A stretch of 14,008 nt of DNA from a bacterium. GTDB taxonomy: Bacteria; SAR324; NAC60-12. Numbering within the stretch: position 1 is the stretch's first letter; each line of letters opens with the position of its first letter. Below, in pieces: positions 1-12,000 of the stretch. The stretch is from NCBI GenBank assembly GCA_965233585.1, contig CBDDTI010000573.1, forward strand, positions 1 to 14,008. The letters run 5' to 3'. Both the position numbers and the translations under genes were made by a program. Under the pieces are notes generated by a model, which was given only the letters and a program-made list of their open reading frames with translations, searched no databases and was not told the DNA's origin.

Positions 1-3000
1 GAATCTTGAATGGACCTTGTGGTTGTGGTGCTGTAGAGTTTCCATATAATAAACAAGTGTATTCTATATTTTCAGGGCTTGTCAATTTCAGCACAGCTCT
101 GCTTTCACCAATAATATTAGGCTCAAACCTAATGTTTGCACTAAGATTTACTCCATTATTGTTTTCAGCAGCTGGTGCTTGAATACTTGGTTGCTCTACC
201 TTGAAGCAAGTAGAAGGATGACCAGACATGTCTTCACATTTCACAGCATATGTGGTAGCTTTCTTCAAATAGTGTTTGAATTTGAATGATTGCATTAATT
301 CAGCTCCTAGAGTACATTTGAAATGTAGAGATCTCTGAGCAGTAGATACCAATCCTTTGAGGAAGAGTTCATATTTATAAGTGCCTAGCTCTGGTGAGTT
401 CAGTACTAACTCTTCTTTTTCTTCATTGACAATCAATGGTCTATAACTGATTTCAAATCCTCTTTCAGATTGTGGTGGAATGGTTAAGCTTGCAGGAATA
501 ATTTCGATGTATTCATTGTCAATGACAAATTCGTCTCTTGATACCTTTACTTCTTTACTTGTTGGATTTTCAAGAATTATCATTTTTGCAGTGGTCTCTC
601 TAACTGGACATATAAGTTCTATTGTTGATTGCAATCCTGGCTCTTCTGCAATGACTTTAATATCAAAGAATATGTATTCTCCAGTTTGTTCATTTAAGAA
701 TGTGACAGTGAAGTGTGTTTCTCATGCTTTGTAACTCAAGAAGTTTAGCTTATAGTCTTTAGTTGAGTTTGCTTGAACGTCGAATGTATTCGCTCCTCTA
801 ATAAACGTTGTCTCGCTTGACTCTCCTTCCACTTTAGTGGTAACTTTGAATCTTTGAGGTGTTTTCAACCAGTTCTCAACTGGAATATTGATGTATTTGG
901 CTTTCTTAGCTTCTACTTTCTCTTCAAATTTATTAGATGCTTCTGGTTTGAGACTCTTTCCAAAGAGTTTATAGGACTCTGCACTTCCATCAGGTAAGGG
1001 GAAGAATAAAGATGCTTCATGGAAAATAGTGATAACTTCTTTTTCCTTTTCTTCCTCACCTTCCTTACTGACTTCTTTTTCTTTAGTCATTGTGAGTGGA
1101 CAATATGTCACTTGGTAGTTAGCATTACCCTTTGGAGGTACAACTAATGTATCATTTCCCTTGAAATAATCTTTGATTGAATCAACGTTTGTAGCAATTG
1201 TTGGTTTAATTCTCCACTCTTTCTCAGTTGGATTATTGATTGATACATCTTGAGTGGTAGCTTTTCTCACAATGGTCTCAAAATTTATTTCCTTTGTAGC
1301 TTCTTTATCAGGAGCCACACATTTACCCATCAATGTTAGGCCAAGTGAAGATCCACCTGTGTACTCACATTTAATGTTTTTCACACAAATATCATTGTCT
1401 ACTTTGTTTGGATGGAATGTGATCTCCAGATAAATATCTTCATGTGGTGGAATATAGCCACTTTCAGGGAAGATAGTGAAGTTCTTTGCATAAGCTTTTG
1501 AGTCCCATTTGAATTTAGCTCTAATATCTCCGAAATTAGCAAGTTGAAGTTGTTTGGTAAGTCTACTTCCTTTGATAACTGAACCAAATCCAACAACTTC
1601 TTCCATAAGTTTGAGTTCAATTCCATGTGAAACTCCTTGTACAGTGAAAAGCTTCCTTGACTCATTTCCTTTGATATCTAGCATAATATCATGAGAGAAG
1701 TTTGGCATTCTTGTTTTTGGATTGAATCTAACTTCAATAGGCAACACTTTCTTTGGCTTCAGTGATACCTCTTCAGAAGGAGATATACTAATAGCATTCT
1801 TAATTAAATCTTCTGGATGAGCAGCAGTTAAAGTAAATTGAATAGCTTTTCTGCTCTTATTAATCAAGTTAACAGTCTTAGTAACATCACTACCTTTAGC
1901 TAGGATACCAAAGTCAACAATATGTTGATCTGGGTCAACTAATTCAATGTTCATTGGGATTCCTTCACCTTTGATAACTACATCAATCTTGTAAATTCCA
2001 TTGAAATCAAATGTAACAACTTCATAATATTTCTGAATGGCTCTTGGTGTGAATATAATAGGAATAGACAACTTCTCTTGCTTGTCCTTGGTTGAGGGCA
2101 ACAATACCTCTCCGGGAGATAGCTGAACATCCAAATACGGCTTCTTTTCAAAGTTCGTTTCAATTGAGATTGCAGAATCATCATTGTTGACAAGTTCCAA
2201 CACGGCTTTAATTGACATTGGTTGACGAGTTACGAAACATGGACCAAAATCATACTGATGGAAGGACATTTCAATGCCTGGTTTACGAGCTGTTCCATTC
2301 AATAAGAAATTGAATTTAGGTCCCGATGCAATCTTCAACACACATTTGTAATTCTTGAGTTTGTGGGAATTAACAGGGAGATAGACGATATCAACATTGA
2401 CGCTATCACCTTTCTTTACAGTACCAGTTTCTGGCTCAATAGTAATATATTTATTTGGTTGTCTCTTGAATTGAAAATCAAAGTTGAAGTCTCCTTTGTT
2501 CTCAACTACAATAGATTTAGTCTTCTTCTCATTTACAAAGAAGTCTCCAAATTCAAAACTGTGTGATTCTGTTGGTAAGACTGGAATTCCTGCTTTATCT
2601 GCTAGGACTGAGTAATGGATGGCATATCCAACACCTTTAACATTGAGAACTAATGGTCTTTCTTTCCTTTTAACGTTGCAAATCAAATTGTAGTTATAAT
2701 CTGTTTCATATTTTGGTTTGAAAACAACTTCAACTGGAAGTTGAGATTGTGGTGGAACAGTACCAGACACAGGAGTAACTTGAAGTGAATCTCCATAATC
2801 AGGATTTTCTTTGATTGAATCTTTATTGAAGTGGAAACTAAATGGGAGATGTTCTTGATTGACCAAGTTTATAGTCTCTCTGTTCTTTCCTCCAAGCAGT
2901 AATGGACCAAAGTTAATTTTTCCTGTTTCAAACAACACAATTGGTTCAACAACTGATCCAACAACCATGAATGGCTGAACAATACCTTCAGATGGAATCT

Positions 3001-6000
3001 TAAAATTCCAGTAACTTTGATGTTCTCCAACATTATCAGGTATATATTCAAAAGCCATTTTAAATTTCTTTCCACTCAAGATAGTTCCTTTAGGAGTCAT
3101 GCATCTGAACATTGGTTTTTCTTTCTTGACTTCAGCTTTACCAGTATCATGCTCTTCAACTTCTTCCCATTCGAAGTCATATCTATGGCTAGTAGGATTA
3201 GCAACCATGAACCTATTGGTATTCTTGACCTTTGTTCCCAAAGATTGGAATTCAATAATACTGTATTTGGAATCAATAGGAGTCATATCTTTTCCTTTCT
3301 TATCTCTATAGGTGCTAGGTGGCAACTCAAAGTGACAAACTGGTCTTTCTGCAACTCCATCAAGTTTAATAGTTAATGGATCAATCTCAGGATCAAGATT
3401 TGCAATTCTACATGATAAAACTCTTGCAAAGTCCCTATCAATTTCTTGGGGAGAGAATTTTACAATAAGAATCTCATCTGTTCCTGCTGGAATTGTACCT
3501 TTTCTTGGACTTATAGAGAATGCTCCTGAATCTGGGATACCTGTGTTAGCATTAATAATATGGAAGCTATAATCTAGAGCAATTGTGCTTGTATTTCTGA
3601 TAGTGAATTTATAACTTCTTGTCTGGAACATCAATGTTGGCTTGAAAATAATTTTGTCAGTTGTACATTCAAATTTAGTATAGTCACATACCACATTTGC
3701 TTTAAGCAAAGATTGTTTTTCTGTACCTTCGACTACTTCAAAGTGTGGTTCAGGTAATGCTTCAGCATATTCTTCAGTTGCATCTTCAGTTTCATCTATT
3801 TCAATATCTTCTTCAGGCAAGCGTTCATCTTCTTTCTTTGGAGGAGGCTTTTTACCTTTCTTTGCAGCGGCTGCGGCTACAGCCTCTGCTTCCTCCTTTT
3901 TCTTTCTCTCTTTAGCTTCTTTAATAGCTAAAATCTTTTTGAGCTCACTTGGTCTGATCATTTTGATTTCAGTCATGCTGTCATCCCAGTCCACAAATTC
4001 AGAAGTATCTTGAGTAATAGTCTTAGTATCACATGTGATTTCAGCGTCTTTAACCTCCACAGATTCTTCCGACAAAAATTTAACTTTGATTGGTTTTGAA
4101 CTACGAGGTCTCAGGTATCCAACGGATGGTAAGAAAGTAAAACCTGGTTCAGCAATGCTCCACTCAAATCTAATTGGTTTATCAGATGTGTTGAGAATGT
4201 CAAAGTTAATACTCTTCGTTTTCTTCACTATAGCATCTCCAAATTCTAATTTATCTTCTTGTTCTTCTGGTAAATTCTCAAAGGTAACTGTTTCTTGATA
4301 GCCTTCTGCTTGAATGATAACTTTATGGCATTCATATGGATTATGCAAAGTTTCAAACTCCATTTGGTACTTGATTGGTTCTGGCTTTGTTGGAACAAAT
4401 TCAATGTCACATGAATAATACTCTTTCGGCTCCAAAGTTCTGCTCATTTCTCCTTTAAACTCTAAGTTCTCATTAGTAATTGGTTTGAATTTTACAGTAG
4501 CAGGAACTGCACCTTCATTGTGTAATGTGATAGTTCCAGTAGTCCTCTTACCAATTCTAGTCTTCTTTAGCTTCAATAAAGGAAGTCCTTCTTCACTCAA
4601 CTCAGTAGGTTTAGTCAAAAGTAACGTAGGAAGAGTGCCTTCTCCTCTTAATTCAAAATTGAATTTTCCTGAGCTGCTTTCTGGATCTCCATTATCAACG
4701 ATAGCTTCGAAAATACCTCCATAAGGCATCATATTCTCAGGCTTAAAGCTTACTTTGACGTATGCATTCTCATGAGGTGGAATCTTGACACTCCCTGGAG
4801 ATACCTCAAATGCAAAACCTTCATTCTTTGATTGACTCCTAGGTTTGACACTAAAGTTAACAGTGCAAGGAATTTTATTTGGATTCATAATCTTGAACTT
4901 CTCAATAACTCCCTCTGGAACTTTTGATGCTACAAGAGTTCCAAACCAAAAGACTCTTTCTTGAATGGCATAAAGTGGAGAAGTAATATTTGCGCTAGAG
5001 TCTAAAGATGGAACAACGGTTTGTTCTTCAAATACAGAATCTAAGTCTTCAGCATTAATACCAGGAATACAGCTCTCCGCACTAACATCAAATTTAATCC
5101 CTTCTGGTTGATCTTGGAAATCTCTACCAGAGATATCTATGGCTAATGCTTTCTCATAAAATTGTGCTCCTTCTGCCTTAAAGTGAATCTTAATGGATGC
5201 GGAATTTTCAGGTTCAATAACTCCTGTCTTTGGTCTGATTGTGTACTGTGAAACTTGAAGTTCTTCTCCCTCAGCAGCAGCACCTCCTTTGGCTTCTTTC
5301 CCAGGTTTTGCTTTTGGATCTACTTTCTTCGCCTTAGGATCTTTAGCTTCTTCACTCCCAACTCCAAGTGCCTCATCTCTTCTTTCTTGAATCTCCTTTT
5401 CTCTTTCTTCTTTAATGGTGTTCTTGGCTTCTTCATCATTGAAGTCACAGATAGCATATTTGAATGGGAAAAGTCCGTTGTTTTTGATCTCAAATGCTAA
5501 GTCTTTTTCTTCACCATATTGCATTGGACCAAAATTGATGTTCCTCAATGGTACAATCGTGTACTTAGAGAAAACTGAATTAACATTGAAGTTGATAGGG
5601 ATCTCAGTGAATTTTTCTTTACTTTCACCTTCAAGAATGGTCAACTTAATATCGCTGGTCGTCTGGGTTGTCTTTAACTTGAATTCTTTCTTGCTTTCAA
5701 ATCACACAATTATATCTTTAGCTTCTTCTGGTTGAAGTTCACCTTCATTTGGTTCTATCTTGAACAGCTCTCTAGTCGTCTTTTTCTTCATATTGAATCC
5801 ATACTTGACAGGATACTTGCCATTATTAGTCAAAGTGACTATTTTCTGTTTTGGTTCTCCAACTCTAACAGCTTCAAAATCAAGAATGTTTTCTTCATTT
5901 TTGAGATCGATATCCACAGTGATGTCAAAAGCTTCAGCATGTAGTTCAATTTCTTGTGGCTCTTGCTTGATTTCATACCCTTCAGTGTCTTCAACTGCTA

Positions 6001-9000
6001 ATGTGAGTTTATGCGTGAATTGGTCTTGTTTTTCTGAAGAGAATGTGATTTCAATATCTACATCTTGACAAGGCTTCAGGACACCATCCATTTTAGAGAT
6101 TTTGAACTCTACTGGAATTGCTTCAGCACTCTTAAGCTCCCATTTTACTGGGATCTGACAGTCATTTGTTAATTTGAGGGTTCTCTTAGCTGGTTTATTG
6201 AGAAGTAATCTGTCAAATTGCACATTAGGATTATCAATCTTGACCACAGGCTTCGCTCCAGTACATTGAACATTGAAAACAGCAGGGTTAGGGTTATCCT
6301 TGAGCAGACTCACAATTTTATCTGTGTATACTTTGTTGTCTTGAGGGAAACACCAAACTGTTAAATTCTGCGTTTCTTCAACTTTCAAATTCATATTTTC
6401 TGGTTCAAATATGAATGGAGATTTTTCAGCTGATGCATCATCTCCTGCTAAACTACTTTCAAGTGCAAATTTAGCTTCAAGATCGTATTTTCCATTGTTG
6501 CTGATTCTGAACTCATATGAATTTGCCTTTTTGAGTGCTTCATCTTCAGTACGTTTTTCAGCATCTTTTCCAATTAGTAAAGGTCCAAAATCGAATACAT
6601 TCTCATTGGTCACAAAGCATTTCTGGAGATATGATTCTGGAGGAGCTGTTGGTCTACTACGCTTTTGAGCCATAAAAACATTCTTTGAATTCGTATTGAT
6701 CGTTGGGAACTGGCATGAAGCTTCAATCTCAAGTGGGAATTGCTTTGAAGAACCAACCACTTCGAAGTTAAGTGTTTGGTTGAATTTACCAGTCTTGTTT
6801 GAGAAGAATTTGATGAACAATGGTTTAGCTTCGTTAGGTTGTAAAACCCATCTTGTAATAGATTTGTCTAGATTTGGTTCTTTCTCTTCTTCATTTTCAC
6901 CTTCTGGTTCCTTTGGAGTTTCATCCTTACCTTTTCCTTTTGCATCCTTTTTATTCTTGCCTTTTGGATCTGCTTTAGCATCTACTTCAGCTTGTTCATC
7001 TCCTTCACCTTCGTTTTCTTTCTTTTCAACTGGTGTCCAGATAGAGAACAAAGTTACCTTTGGCTTTTCAGGTCTGTTATTTGGTTTCTTAATAATCTGT
7101 TGAATTTTTGGAGGTGGTAAGGGCTCTTTATCTGGATCAGGCCAAACAGGTTCAGGTACATTTTCTTTTACTTTCTCACATAAATATCTGAAATTAAATT
7201 GCATTGGAACTTCAAAGAGAATTCTAGTACCAAAGTATTGAGGTTCATTCTTCGTATCATCTCCTTCTCCTTCTTTTCCTTCACCTTCAGCTTCTACTTT
7301 AGCATCTTCTTCAATATCTTTAATGTCTTTATTTTCTTCCTTTTTGGACTCGTCAGCCTCAGCTTTCTTTTCTTCTCCCTCACCTTCAGCATCACCTTCT
7401 CCAACATTTTCATGTTTCTGATTCATTTGTCTCAAATTAATCTCTGTGAACAGTTCTAAAATCTCTTGATACTTTTGCTCATAGGCTTCTTTTTCTTCTT
7501 CAGTCAGAGTTTTAGGTTCAGGCTCATCTAATCTACGTTTATCTTCTTCTTCCTTAAGTTTCTTTGCTCTTTCTTCTTCTTCAGCCTGTCTCTTTTTGTC
7601 CTCTAATTCCTTCTTCTCTTCTTCTGTAAGCTCCTTCTTTCTAGGAGCTCCTCTTTTGGCACCTTTACGGTCAGGTTTTTCCTTTTCAATAAAAGTTTTA
7701 TCCAATACTTCTTTTTCGAAAGATTTGTCATCAAGACCTTTGCGCATTTTATACTTGTAGTGTTCACAGTACTCAAGGCCATCTTCATCTTTGTTCAATG
7801 CAATAGTGACCAAATGAACATTCTCTTCTTGAAGAGTATCACATATAGCATCAATGATTTCCTTCTCATCTTTCCAATTCTCACTGAGGAGGTTGTCAAA
7901 AATGATGCCAGCATTACAGTCTTCATGACTAGTTCTTTCTTCGATCAGCTTCATTAGCATTTCCTTAGGTAAATATTTATACACTTTTGGATCGAATTCC
8001 TCTTCGCCTTCTTTCTTCTTTTTCTTTTTCTTCTCAAGTTCTTCTTGAGCTTTGCACTCTTCATCACGTTCTTCAAGATATTTGGCAACTTCTGCATATG
8101 TTGGAGTATTATTCTTCTCACACCATGAGAGTAACTCATTAAGATTGACAATACCTCTTTGTTGTTCTTCCGATAAGAAGTAAGCGATTGTGCTCTTTCC
8201 ACATTTCTCAGGACCAAATAAGATCACACTGAGTCTGTCCCTTTTCTTTACTTTGGGTCTAGATTTCTTAACAACATTCTTTTCTGCTTCAATTTCAATG
8301 ATTTTTTGTTCTAATTCTGTTTTTTCTTTTTCAAGTTCTTCCTTTTCTTGTTGTTTTTCTTCTGAAAGTGGTTCAGGTTCCTTGCCTTCTTCAGGTTCAG
8401 GAATAACAAAATCAGTTGCAAGTCTTTCCTCAATGATTTTAACTTTATCTGTCATTTCATCGTAATCACGTTTCTTTTGGTCAGCTTCTTTGATTGCAGG
8501 CCAAAATTCTTGTCCAGCTTTTCTGAGTGATTCATAAATAACATCTCCTTTCTCTGTATTGAGAGCTTCAAATCTTTTGAGAATCTCTTCTTCATCAATG
8601 AATTGTTTATCAAAATCAGAACTGTATACTTCTATTGGGAAACTCATTGGGTTTCGGATCTCAACTTGTTTAACAGCTGATTTATCATATGGCAAAACAG
8701 GTCCCATTTGAATTGAGTTCTCAATAATGTCTAAGGCATAGTTGATTCCATGACCTCTCACATTCAACACAAATAATTTACTATTTTCTTTACATTTGAA
8801 TTGGAGTTTCTGTGTTACAATCTTCTCATGAGTTGGTGTGAAAATAATGTCAACTGTTTGCTTTTGTCCTGGTAGTAAATACCCAGTTGTTGGAGAAACA
8901 GAGAACTTCTCACCTTCTTTGGCAGATACACCTGCAACATCAGGTTTGTAATAGTAAGACCAGTCACAAGGAACTTCTTTCTTGTTTTCAAATCTAACAC

Positions 9001-12000
9001 GAATCATTTTTCTTGTTCCAACACATACTTTATTGAATTCAACATTGTCAGTTGACATAGCTAGTTCAGGGATTGTCAAGTTAGCCACAAATTCAACAGT
9101 GTAGGATGGTCCATAAGTCAAATGGACAGGAACAATATGTCTCACCTTTCCATGCTTAGCATTCTTGCGAGTAGAGAAAGACACAGTGAACTGCATTGAT
9201 GTATTTGGTAAGAATTGCTTCGGTGGCTTTGCTGGGTCAATAGTGATGCCAATTTGTTGCAATATTCTTGTATCAAATGTGAAATTCAAGTTATTCTTTC
9301 CACAGTTAGTCATCCTGAAAGTTTTCTTCTTACTTGAGCCAACAACCATGTTACCAAAGTCACAAATATAATTTGATACAATGATTTTATCGTCTTCTTC
9401 TTGGAATACTCCACTTTTGTCAAGATCAAATCCTTGAGTTTTGCCTGGAGAAGCTCTTGCGTTCTTCTTTGTACCAGCCATTGAGGTATTCATTTTTGTG
9501 TCATTGAATTTAATAGCAGTCTTAGCTTGAGCAACTTCTTGTTTATCTAATAGCTTTTCTCATAATTTTAGTCTATCTGTTTCAGCTTCTACATCCATTT
9601 GATACAGGTCCATTTGGAATTTATCTTGCTTTCCTTTGCCAGTTGGAACATCTTTAACTTCAGAACTTGTGAATTTAGCATCATATTTAATCTTTTTCTT
9701 TTCAAGTAACTTCTTAGTTTTTGCAAATCTATCATTGAAAGTTTCATCATTTCTTGGGAAAGTTAATAAGGCACCTGGGTATGTACCAACAGCTTTTACT
9801 TTAAATCTTTCTGCAGGGAAATGAGCACATTCCACCAAGAATAGTTCATTAATATTATCTGGAATACCAGGACGGAAAGTTATACTGACTTTGAATCTTT
9901 CTAAGCTCATGATTTTTCCAGTCATAGGAGAGACCTCAACCATACCTGGCCGGGTCACAGTTGACAAGTTAATATTGAACTCGAATGGTACTTTGCCTAC
10001 ATTTTCAATATAAAAATCTTTAGTATCAGAAGAACAATAAGTGATCTCTCCAAAGTCAATTTCATTCGTGGATAATCTAAAATTCACAAAGGAGCTTTCT
10101 CCAACCAATGGAACTTGGTAATCTGGTCCTCCGTCAACTGAACAGACAGCTATACCATTGTACTTGAGTCCATGTCCAGCATAGTATGTAAATTCTACAG
10201 TTTCAGTTTCTCCTTCCTTAAGTATACCACTGACTGGTAGAATATCAAATACTTCATTGATAGGCACATCTTTCTTTTTCTTCTTTTTCTCTTCCACTTC
10301 TTCTGCATTCTTATTCAAGGAGGTAGTCTCCTCTTCAAGGAAGGACCAGTCATAGGTGCACACCATTTCGGAAATATTGGTCATTGTGATATACCTCTTT
10401 TTGGAAGTGTCATTCAGGATACACCCAAATGAGATGCTAGGAGGAGTTATGTTCAAGTTAGGGTAGCATACTTCACCGAATAACTCAACGAAATCTTTTT
10501 GAGGATGTCCTTTATGTGTTATTTGCAACTTACTCTCATTCACACCTGACATACGATCTTGTCTCATTCCAGGATCAAAATCTATGTTTATTGTCTCTTT
10601 ATGACCAGGTGGAAGAGTCAAGACTTCTGTGTTGCAACTAAATGGAGGAACAATTTTTAATGTGATTGTGGTGGAGAGATTCCCAACGTTTGTGATGTCT
10701 AGTGGTTTCTGGATTGGCATTGCTGGTACATTTTTCTCCCATTTGTACTTGAACATTAACTTTGGATCTGAGTATTCTAGCTGAGGACCGATGAATTCTC
10801 CAACTCAAGTTGTCTTGTAAGCTTCTTTTGGCTTTCTTTCACCTTTCACAATAGTTGTACAGACAAATTCTTCAGACATTCTACCTTTCTGGAATGAGTT
10901 AGCCCGGAATTGGATGAAGATACCCATTTTTGGTTGGAGTTCAACTTCATCAGGCACAACAGCAAACACATACTTGAGTTCCTCTCCTTCTTCTCTCTTC
11001 TCTGAGACCATTGAGGTATCTTTTACTGAAGCGTCATTCTTAGAATCTTCTTTACCAGGCTCTTTAGGTTTAGCTTTCGCCTTATTTCTATCATTTGGTT
11101 TATTGACTCTTGTCCATTTAATCTTCTGTGGCTTTCTGCCTCTATTTTCAAGGAAGAACTCCATAGTTTCATTACAGTGAGTGTATTTGGTTCCAAAATT
11201 AACTTCTTTCAAATTTTCTTTACAAGCTAAAGTAGTTCCAATACCTTTAGCTTTGAGACCAACTTCAAGGTCAACTCCATTGTTAATAATGATATGCAGC
11301 GTATCATTAAATTTTTGGCATTCATCAGCGTTACAGACAACATCAAGTGTTTTTGCTTCATCTGGCTGCAAAATACCATGTCTTTGGATCACTTTCCAAA
11401 TTGAAACTTTGTTCTTTGTAAATGCAGTATACTCAGCTGGAATTCTGGATACATTTGTAATTTTTAATGGTCTGATTACATCATGTAAGACTTCAACATT
11501 TCCAAAATCTAACTCCTCATGATCATATTCGACTTTTGGACCAGTACTATTAGCAAGTACATTTATCATGAAAGGAATATGGTATCCTTCCACTTTAATT
11601 TGCATTGGAATCTTAATATTTGCATTGATCATTTCTGTCTTCAATGTAATCTGTAACTTAATAGCACTTCTTGGAGGAATTATGCCCCGTTCTTGGTCAG
11701 CTTTGTAGATACCAACTCTTTTGAAGTTATCTTCCTGTGGCATAATTTCAAATTTAGCTTCAAGGTAATCTTCATTCTTCAATTCCATTTCCATTGTTTT
11801 TGGGTGTCTCAGGAACACATCTTTAAAATCTAAGTAATCTCCTGGAGTGATCTTAACTTTAGGGACTAAACATTCAGCCTTGATTGGTACTGCAAGCATG
11901 TCTTGACCTACTCCTTCCAGATCAACCATCAAGCACATGTCATATTGACGTTGAGAACTTGGAATGAATTCAATCACAATCTTCTGTCTATGCTTAGGGG

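Noticed and set aside
7000..8400. ttc/ctt-rich tracts as microsatellites or a repeat array
   Set aside because: Explained by Glu/Lys codon runs on the minus strand; no fixed-period repeat or CRISPR-like repeat-spacer structure.
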